Assembly: GCA_050952265.1 (NCBI GenBank)
Contig: JBMNKP010000001.1
Span: 159,770-223,769, forward strand
Direction of reading: 5' to 3'
Source: Limnochordia bacterium
Lineage (GTDB): Bacteria; Bacillota; Limnochordia; Darwinibacteriales; Darwinibacteriaceae
Length of the DNA stretch: 64,000 nucleotides
The first letter of the stretch is position 1. The number at the start of each line of letters is the position of its first letter. The position numbers and the translations under genes were made by a program. Under the pieces are notes generated by a model. That model did no database searches, had not been told where the DNA came from, and was given only the letters and a program-made list of their open reading frames with translations. Below are positions 56,895-64,000 of the stretch, one piece after another.

Positions 56895-56940
56895 GCTGTC
56901 TTCGAATTGTTTAGATAATTTGAGTCTGGGCTCTGCTGTC

Positions 56941-56975
56941 TTCGACAGAGGGGCTGCTTCCATTCCTGTTATGCT
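56941..56975 (+). promoter_or_regulatory. Spo0A-dependent spoIIE promoter
   Basis: 0A box TTCGACA (reverse TGTCGAA) over the -35; 22-bp spacer; TATGCT. Confidence 0.6.
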
Positions 56976-57005
56976 TGAGAGCAGTAACGGGATGGAGATG
57001 ATCTT

Positions 57006-59060
57006 GTGTCCAGGATTGTATCGCAATCTCTGCGTTTCCACGATGATCGGTTAGGCCTTGGGCAGCTGGTGGCCCGCTATGCGTATTCTCCCCCCGCTTG
57101 GTTCCTTTTAGGCTACCTGCTGGGCAGGAGCCCCATTTTCGGCGAAGCCTGGCCTTTTGGGCTGGCCTATGCTGCCGTCTGGCGGGGAGAAGAGAAACAC
57201 AGGGCGTTCCTGCCGTTCTTGGGGGCAGTTTGGGGTCTCACTGCTGCCTTGGGGTTTGAAGGAGCCGTGCCCTACTATGCGGCCCTGGCCATAATCACCC
57301 TGGTGCCCGCCACCAGCAGACGGGCGGGCAGCTGGCTGCTCATCGGTGCCATGGCCGTGAAGGCGGCTGTGCACTATCTGCTGCACCCTATGCCCATCGT
57401 GTTCATCGTGGCTCTGCTGGAATGCACTTTCGCTGTGTTCACCTACGGCCTGCTCAAAACGGTTGTGGAGCGCTGCCTCGGCCGGCAGCTCGCGCACCAA
57501 GAGCTCTATGTCTTCTTCGTGACTCTGACCTTGATCCTCTCTCTGGACTGGTCTTGGGGCGGTATCTCCCTGCGGCTGTTTCTCGCCTGCTGGCTCTTGG
57601 TGCTGGCGGCCAAGGTCGGGGGCCTGGGCCTATCCTGCCTGGTGGGGCCCTCCCTGGCTCTTCTCCTGCTCTTGCTTGGGGAGTCAACAGCCCTCGTCCT
57701 GCTGATCGTCGCGGCCAGCTTGCTCACAGGATTCCTGCACCGGTTCGGCTGGGGCCCCTATCTCAGCGTCCTACTCGCCTGGGTGTTCGCTGTCCCTCCG
57801 CCGGTGAACGAGGTCAGCCTGCAGTGGCTCTTTGTGCTTTGGGCAGCTGTCTGGCTTGCTGGCAAGGTGCCCAAGGCTTGGCTGGATGCTCTTGCTCGCA
57901 TCGTGCCTGGGACAGAAGCCCACAAGCAGCAGAGCAAGGGCCATGATCAGCACCTCAAGCTGGTGCTGGATCAGAAGATCGACAGCTACCTCACGGTCTT
58001 TGAGGAAGTGCAGAGCACCCTGTGCGAGAGCGGCAATCCCCTCTTCCAGAACCAGATGCAGGGTCTGGCCGAACTGCTCAAGGCCATGAAAACCTCGTTC
58101 GGACCGGAAGCCCACTTTACCAGGGAACTGGAGGAAAGGCTGCTCAACCAGTTTGCCGGCGAAGACCTGGCGTACATAACCGCACTGCAGTGTCTGGACG
58201 GGTTTGACATCTACGGCGCGCGGCGCAGCCCCTGCGCCAGCAGGTGTTTCTGCCAAGAGGTGGCTGCCTACTGCAGCGGCACCATCGCTTCACAGCGCTA
58301 TGCCGTGGTGAGCAGCTGCGGTGCCTCGGGAGCCTGCGGCTTTCAGATTTCCCCATCGCCCGCATACCGGGTGGAGATCGGGCGGGCCTCTGTGGCCAGC
58401 AGCGGCATCTCCGGGGACAGCCAGATCAGTTTTGAAATATCCTTCAGCAAGGTGGCCATCGTCCTCAGCGACGGCATGGGGGTGGGCGCGAAGGCTCAAA
58501 GGGAGAGCAGTGTGGCTCTGCGCCTGCTTGAGGGGATGGTCAAGGCGGGCTATGAGCTGAGCACCGCTGTTTCATTTATCAACCGCCTGCTTCTCATGCG
58601 CAATCAGGATGAGATGTTTGTCACCATAGACCTGGTTGTCGTAGATCTGTTCACCGGGCTGCTCGAATTTGTGAAGGTTGGTGCGGCGCCCAGCTTTATC
58701 AAGCGGGGCAGGGAGGTGGAGATGGTCCACAACCGCACCCTGCCCGTGGGCGTGCTGGAACAGGTGGAAGTGGAAGCCGATAGGAGAACGCTGAGGGAAG
58801 GCGAACTCTTGATCATGGCAACGGACGGAGTGCTGGAAGCTCCCCGCCACCTTGCCCGAAAAGAAGAGTGGATGTGCTGGCACCTCAGGAGGCTGGAAGA
58901 GGACGACGATCCGGCTGCTCTGGCAGAAAGGATCCTTTACGACAGCATCGAGATGGCCGGCGGCCGGGTGGATGATGATATGATGGTCGTGGTAGCACGC
59001 CTTGTACCAGCGGAACAGGACATTGAAGTGTACAGGAGGGTGGAGTGCAGTGGACTTTGA
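57006..59060 (+). CDS. spoIIE: Stage II sporulation protein E (PP2C phosphatase)
   Basis: N-terminal multi-TM with GR..I.GE..PFGLA; SGDS, LSDGMG.G, TIDL, K.GAAPSFIKRG, TDGVL, DDMMV; synteny with tilS-ftsH. Confidence 0.88.
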   Translation: MSRIVSQSLRFHDDRLGLGQLVARYAYSPPAWFLLGYLLGRSPIFGEAWPFGLAYAAVWRGEEKHRAFLPFLGAVWGLTAALGFEGAVPYYAALAIITLVPATSRRAGSWLLIGAMAVKAAVHYLLHPMPIVFIVALLECTFAVFTYGLLKTVVERCLGRQLAHQELYVFFVTLTLILSLDWSWGGISLRLFLACWLLVLAAKVGGLGLSCLVGPSLALLLLLLGESTALVLLIVAASLLTGFLHRFGWGPYLSVLLAWVFAVPPPVNEVSLQWLFVLWAAVWLAGKVPKAWLDALARIVPGTEAHKQQSKGHDQHLKLVLDQKIDSYLTVFEEVQSTLCESGNPLFQNQMQGLAELLKAMKTSFGPEAHFTRELEERLLNQFAGEDLAYITALQCLDGFDIYGARRSPCASRCFCQEVAAYCSGTIASQRYAVVSSCGASGACGFQISPSPAYRVEIGRASVASSGISGDSQISFEISFSKVAIVLSDGMGVGAKAQRESSVALRLLEGMVKAGYELSTAVSFINRLLLMRNQDEMFVTIDLVVVDLFTGLLEFVKVGAAPSFIKRGREVEMVHNRTLPVGVLEQVEVEADRRTLREGELLIMATDGVLEAPRHLARKEEWMCWHLRRLEEDDDPAALAERILYDSIEMAGGRVDDDMMVVVARLVPAEQDIEVYRRVECSGL

Positions 59061-60420
59061 CCTTTACCCCGCGTTCCTGGAGAACCTGGAAGCCATGGCA
59101 GTATCCAGGCAGGAGCGGATCTTGATCGCGGTGAGCGGCGGGCCCGACTCCATGGCCCTGCTGCACCTGTTTTACCGCTGGAACCCCCGGAAGATCGGTG
59201 CATTCCACCTCAACCACGGCTTTAGGGAGACAGCGGCGCGCGACGCCGCTTTTGTACGCGACTACTGCGGGGAACTAAGCATCCCCGTTGAGATCCAGCA
59301 GTATGACATCAACCGCTACTTGGCGGTGAGCGGCGAGTCCAAACAGCAGGGAGCACGCAAGATCCGCTACCAGCTGCTGAAGAACTTCGCTGAAGCCGGC
59401 GGTTATCACCGCATCGCCCTCGGGCACCACGCCGATGACCAAGCGGAAACGGTCCTCATGCGCTTTCTGCGCGGCGCGGGCCTGCAGGGTTTGGGAGGGA
59501 TCCCTATGCAGCGGGGGATGTTTATCCGGCCGCTGCTCACAGTGTTCAAAGAGGAGATCCTCGGCTACTGCCAGGGTTTTGGCATACCCTCCGTCCAGGA
59601 CGAGACCAACCTGGAGCCGATCTACATGCGCAATAAGGTGCGTCAGGAACTCCTGCCCCTCTTAGCCCAGGAGTACAACCCGGAGATCGTGCCGCGCCTC
59701 GTGCAGCTGGCGGATCTGGCCAGGGAAGATGAACTGGAGCTGCAGTCCCAGGCAGAAAGCATCTGCAGGAAGCATCTGCGCTGGCAGCACGGCCAGCTTG
59801 TCTTTCCCCGGCGGCGCTTCATGGAATTATCAACGGCTATGCAGCGCCGGGTGCTGCGCCGGCTCCTGGAGATCTACCGGGGGCACCTGCGGCAGATCAC
59901 CTTCCTCCACGTGGAACAGTGGCGCCGCCAGATCCTGGAGAACACCAGTTTTCAGCTCTCTCTCCCTCACGTTTGGGTCTCGGGAAACGTAGAGTATATC
60001 TTTGTAGGGGCTTTTTCCGGAGAGAAATGGGAACCGGTAGAACTGACCGTGCCAGGGCAGGTCAAGGTCGGTGGCTTTACCGTGAGGGCAGAGCTCTGGG
60101 AGCGGGGCAGCCTGCCTCCCAGGACTGAAGACAGCGAGGATTTTGACCTGGCGGGACTCAAGCTTCCCCTGGTGGTACGCACCCGCAGGGAAGGAGACCG
60201 CCTGCGGCCCTTTGGGGGCGCGGGCACCAAAAAGGTGAAGGACCTGCTCATCGACGCTCGCATCCCGGTTCAGATCAGGGATTTCCTGCCGCTGATCTGC
60301 GACCAGGAGGGGATCCTCTGGATTCCCACCGTGCGCAGGAGCGACCGGGCGGCACTGTCAGATTCCACTGCACAGGTGCTCCGTATAACCAATGTCAGCG
60401 CAAATGTGAGTCATTCTTGA
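59050..60420 (+). CDS. tilS: tRNA(Ile)-lysidine synthetase
   Basis: AVSGGPDSMAL, HLNHG.R, AR..RY, GHHADDQAET, IRPLL, DETN, RNKVR. Confidence 0.95.
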   Translation: MDFDLYPAFLENLEAMAVSRQERILIAVSGGPDSMALLHLFYRWNPRKIGAFHLNHGFRETAARDAAFVRDYCGELSIPVEIQQYDINRYLAVSGESKQQGARKIRYQLLKNFAEAGGYHRIALGHHADDQAETVLMRFLRGAGLQGLGGIPMQRGMFIRPLLTVFKEEILGYCQGFGIPSVQDETNLEPIYMRNKVRQELLPLLAQEYNPEIVPRLVQLADLAREDELELQSQAESICRKHLRWQHGQLVFPRRRFMELSTAMQRRVLRRLLEIYRGHLRQITFLHVEQWRRQILENTSFQLSLPHVWVSGNVEYIFVGAFSGEKWEPVELTVPGQVKVGGFTVRAELWERGSLPPRTEDSEDFDLAGLKLPLVVRTRREGDRLRPFGGAGTKKVKDLLIDARIPVQIRDFLPLICDQEGILWIPTVRRSDRAALSDSTAQVLRITNVSANVSHS

Positions 60421-60503
60421 CTTGGTTGTCACTCCTCTGCCCTTATGGTATAATTGGTTGACGCATCGCTGTGTCCTTGGTATTGGAAAAGGGAGGGCAG
60501 AAC

Positions 60504-62447
60504 TTGAACAAACTTCTCCGTGGAATCGGGTTGTATTTACTAATCGCCATCATCGCGATTTCTATCGTCAGCAACCTCTATTCACCGGGTAGTGTGGCCA
60601 AAGAGCTCTACTACTCTGAGCTTTTGCGATACATTGACGAGAACCGGGTTGCTTCAGCCCGTCTGGTGGGAGATCAGCATGTAGAAGGCGCCCTCAAGGA
60701 TGGTACCCCCTTCGTAGCGACGATTCCTGTGGGCAAGATGCCCGACATAGCCGATCGTCTGGAGGCCAAAAATGTACAGCTGGAGGCAGACCTGCCGCCG
60801 CAGACACCTTGGTGGATGGCCCTTTTGCCCAACCTGATCTTCGTTGTGATGCTTGCCGTTTTGTGGCTCTTCATCATGAACCAGATGCAGGGCGGCAACA
60901 ACCGGGCACTGTCCTTTGGCAAGAGCCGGGCGCGGCTGCATCATGAAGACAGGACAAAGGTCACCTTCGATCATGTGGCTGGTGTGGATGAAGCTAAACA
61001 GGAACTGATGGAAATTGTGGAGTTTCTCAAGCACCCCAAGAAGTTCAGCGAACTGGGTGCCAAGATTCCCAAAGGTGTGCTCTTAGTGGGGCCTCCCGGT
61101 ACCGGTAAGACGCTCTTGGCGAGAGCCGTCGCCGGTGAAGCGGGGGTTCCGTTTTTCAGCATCTCTGGTTCAGAGTTTGTAGAGATGTTTGTCGGTGTTG
61201 GTGCCGCTCGGGTTAGGGATCTCTTTGAGAACGCCAAAAAGAACGCCCCCTGCCTGGTGTTCATCGATGAGCTGGATGCTGTGGGCCGCCAACGCGGCGC
61301 AGGATTGGGCGGCGGCCACGATGAGCGTGAGCAGACCCTCAACCAGCTGTTGGTGGAGATGGACGGTTTTGAGGTCAACGCAGGGATCATTATTATGGCG
61401 GCGACCAACCGCGCCGACGTCCTTGACCCGGCGCTGCTGCGCCCCGGCCGCTTTGACCGCAAAGTGGTGGTTGACAGGCCCGATCTCCAGGGACGTCTCG
61501 CCATCCTGCGGATCCATGCCCGCAACAAGCCGCTGGCTCCGGAAGTAAATCTTGAAGTCCTGGCCCGCCGGACCCCGGGGTTTGCCGGTGCAGACCTGGA
61601 GAGCCTGCTCAATGAAGCGGCTATCCTCGCTGCCCGGGCCAACCGCAAGATAATCACCATGGCTGACTGCGAAGAAGCCATCGACCGGGTGCTCATGGGG
61701 CCGGAGAAGAAGCACCGTGTCATGAGTGAAATGGACCGCAAGGTCTTTGCCTACCATGAAGCAGGCCACGCTGTTGTGGCCCACTTTTCGGAGCACGGCG
61801 ATCCTGTACACAAGGTGACGATCGTGGGCAGGGGCAGTGCCGGCGGTTACACCATGATGCTGCCTGAGGAAGAGCGCTTCGTCTCTACCCGCTCGAAGCT
61901 CTTGGACGACCTGGTCAACCTTCTGGGCGGACGAGCAGCTGAAGCGCTGGCCATCGGTGAGATCAGCACTGGGGCACACAACGACCTGGAGCGCGTGACG
62001 CGCATCGCCCGCAAGATGGTGATGGAATGGGGTATGAGCGACAAGCTCGGGCCCCTCACCTTCGGCCGTCCCAATGGTGAAGATTTGGTCTTTCTGGGCC
62101 GGGATATCTCCAGGGAGCGCAACTACAGCGAAGAGGTAGCAGCCCTGATAGATCAGGAAGTGCGCGAGCTCGTGGAATCCAGTTACGAGAAAGCCACGCA
62201 GCTGCTGTCGGAGCACCGCGACAAGCTCGATCTGGTAGCCAACGCACTGCTGGAGAGGGAAACCCTGACGAAAGAAGAGTTCCTGGCGCTGATGGACGGC
62301 CAAGAACTGCCGGCGCCCCAGCCTGAGCAGGCCCCGGCGGCCGAGCCAACCGCGACAGCATACCAGGAAGACAAGAAGAAGGAAACCCTTAAGGTGCGCA
62401 CTGAGCTGAGACGGCCCGGGCCTGATCCGGTAGTCGGCGAAGCCTAA
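60504..62447 (+). CDS. ftsH: ATP-dependent zinc metalloprotease FtsH
   Basis: [42 protein letters not shown]. Confidence 0.97.
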   Translation: MNKLLRGIGLYLLIAIIAISIVSNLYSPGSVAKELYYSELLRYIDENRVASARLVGDQHVEGALKDGTPFVATIPVGKMPDIADRLEAKNVQLEADLPPQTPWWMALLPNLIFVVMLAVLWLFIMNQMQGGNNRALSFGKSRARLHHEDRTKVTFDHVAGVDEAKQELMEIVEFLKHPKKFSELGAKIPKGVLLVGPPGTGKTLLARAVAGEAGVPFFSISGSEFVEMFVGVGAARVRDLFENAKKNAPCLVFIDELDAVGRQRGAGLGGGHDEREQTLNQLLVEMDGFEVNAGIIIMAATNRADVLDPALLRPGRFDRKVVVDRPDLQGRLAILRIHARNKPLAPEVNLEVLARRTPGFAGADLESLLNEAAILAARANRKIITMADCEEAIDRVLMGPEKKHRVMSEMDRKVFAYHEAGHAVVAHFSEHGDPVHKVTIVGRGSAGGYTMMLPEEERFVSTRSKLLDDLVNLLGGRAAEALAIGEISTGAHNDLERVTRIARKMVMEWGMSDKLGPLTFGRPNGEDLVFLGRDISRERNYSEEVAALIDQEVRELVESSYEKATQLLSEHRDKLDLVANALLERETLTKEEFLALMDGQELPAPQPEQAPAAEPTATAYQEDKKKETLKVRTELRRPGPDPVVGEA

Positions 62448-62467
62448 CAGCACCGATGGAAAAAGAT

Positions 62468-62519
62468 AGTGCACCCCCCTGCCGGGCTTGGGCCCCAGCA
62501 GGATCGGGTGCACTTTTTT
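62468..62519 (+). terminator. ftsH terminator
   Basis: agtgcaccc...cctgc..gcagg...gggtgcact-ttttt. Confidence 0.7.
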
Positions 62520-62661
62520 GCTCTGCCTGGGAACCGGCCGCATACATGGCCGCGGCCTGCGTGTACATCTCTGTAACGGAAACCCCGGTCTCGTGGAGTT
62601 CGGAATAAAGTCCCCTGAACACGGGATAGTCATTGGAGCCCAGTCCCGTTTTGAGCTGAGC

Positions 62662-62697
62662 AAAAAGAAGGCACCAGCCAGAACGGCTGGTGCCACA
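62662..62697 (-). terminator. htrA terminator
   Basis: ggcaccagcc-agaac-ggctggtgcc with T-run on minus strand. Confidence 0.75.
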
Positions 62698-62709
62698 GTG
62701 AAGTGCGTG

Positions 62710-63930
62710 TTAACGCAGTGAATCAGGCTTGTTGCCGAGCGTTACGGTGAGCATCTGCATCCGTCCGCCGCGGAGGATGGTGATCAGCACCTCGTCGCCG
62801 GTCTTGTACTTCTTGATCTCATCGGCGAGGTCATCCGTGGTGAAGATGTCCCGATCGTTCATGCGCCGGATGACGTCCCAAGCCTTGAGGCCGGCCGCTT
62901 CGGCAGGAGACCCCTTGACCACGTCCATGACCACTACGCCCTTATCATCGGGCAGGCTCAGCTGACGGACGATGTTCTCAGTGATGTTCTGATACCAGAT
63001 GCCCAGCCAGGGAACGCTCACGCTGCCGGTGGTGATCAGTTCATCCAGGACCTCTTTAGCTATGTTGATCGGGATGGCAAAGCCGATACCTTGAGCCTGG
63101 GAATGGACGGCGGTGTTGATGCCGACCACTTCACCTTTGATATTGAGCAGGGGTCCACCGGAGTTGCCGCGGTTGATGGCGGCGTCGGTCTGCATGAGGT
63201 TTTTGTAGACTTTGGTCCGGCCGCTCTCCGAGTCATAGACTGTGATCTCGCGGCCCTTGGCGCTCAGTACTCCCACGGTCACCGTGTGTTCAAATTCACG
63301 GCCGTAGGGGTTGCCGATCGCGATGGTCCACTCACCGACTCGGGAAGCATCCGAGTCGCCCAGCGGCAGGGTGGGGAAGACGTCGCCATTTTCGTTGATG
63401 ATCTGCAGAACGGCCAGGTCCAGAGAGTAGTCAGAGCCGATGATTTCAGCCTTGTACTCCCGTTCCAGCCCCGGCGCATCCACAACCACAGTGATGGTCT
63501 GGCCTTCGCCCTTGTTGCCCACTACATGCTGGTTGGTGAGAACAATACCCGACTCATCGATGATGAACCCAGAGCCGGCACTGGTTATGATCTGCTGCTG
63601 CGGCTGGCTGAAGAAAGGATCTCCGAAAAAGTAATCGAAGAACGATCCGAAGGGATCGATGCTGGGATACTGCCTCCTGTACGTTTCCACTGTCTCACTG
63701 GGCCACTCTACAGAGATATACACGGTCGCGGGGCTTGCCACTTCGGCTATGTCCGCGATAATATACGGATTGTCGGAGAGTAAAGGCAGAGCCCTGCTTG
63801 GAGACTGCACTTCAGCTGCGGGGGCTTCTTGAGCGGCCATTGTCGACCTTGGGAGCAGATTGACCGCTGCGCCTGCGACAGCCAAAATGACAGCAACGAC
63901 GATCACGACACTGACGATACGTTTCCGCAT
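62710..63930 (-). CDS. htrA: HtrA/DegP-like serine protease with PDZ domain
   Basis: GSGFII, TNQHVV, DLAVL, QTDAAINRGNSGGPL, C-terminal PDZ GSPAEAAGL. Confidence 0.95.
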   Translation of the reverse strand: MRKRIVSVVIVVAVILAVAGAAVNLLPRSTMAAQEAPAAEVQSPSRALPLLSDNPYIIADIAEVASPATVYISVEWPSETVETYRRQYPSIDPFGSFFDYFFGDPFFSQPQQQIITSAGSGFIIDESGIVLTNQHVVGNKGEGQTITVVVDAPGLEREYKAEIIGSDYSLDLAVLQIINENGDVFPTLPLGDSDASRVGEWTIAIGNPYGREFEHTVTVGVLSAKGREITVYDSESGRTKVYKNLMQTDAAINRGNSGGPLLNIKGEVVGINTAVHSQAQGIGFAIPINIAKEVLDELITTGSVSVPWLGIWYQNITENIVRQLSLPDDKGVVVMDVVKGSPAEAAGLKAWDVIRRMNDRDIFTTDDLADEIKKYKTGDEVLITILRGGRMQMLTVTLGNKPDSLR

Positions 63931-64000
63931 GACGAATCTCCTCCTCCAACTGCTTTCTACTACATTATAGCCCTCTCATTTTGGGCATACAAGGGAGTGG

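Noticed and set aside
61170-62696. 508-aa minus-strand ORF
   Set aside because: Antisense shadow of ftsH

Overview
A GC-rich (roughly 60% by eye) chromosomal segment of a probably spore-forming Firmicute. Evidence: tRNA-Met-spoIIE-tilS-ftsH synteny, a Spo0A box, SigA/SigH-like promoters. A Limnochordia/Clostridia-like anaerobe is my inference. Most of the window is housekeeping and transport: rapZ, MATE, nadE, RluA, cadA/cadC, several ABC transporters, an ArlRS-like two-component system, murB, sdaAB/sdaAA, htrA. It carries 12 tRNA genes, 10 of them in one operon at 19553-20417. The last tRNA (Ala-GGC) is an integration site: its 3' 21 bp recur at 21941-21961, bracketing a 1.5-kb collapsed element (integrase C-terminal stub, three 11-bp repeats, HIRAN protein, excisionase-like HTH). 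An accessory tract follows (about 22-28 kb) with lipoproteins, a tandem array of three Nif11-leader double-glycine peptide precursors (one intact, one with a GTA start, one internally deleted) and a CPBP protease. The most unusual loci are (i) an operon at 1521-4258 encoding a lipoprotein caspase-family protein lacking both catalytic residues plus two paralogous secreted beta-rich proteins, and (ii) the orphan Nif11 precursor array. Also notable: a NadE glutaminase domain with no Cys, a 5'-truncated dppB, and an unannotated 56-aa Cys-rich ORF. No CRISPR array, rRNA or intact transposase was seen. All family calls are motif recognition by eye, not database searches.
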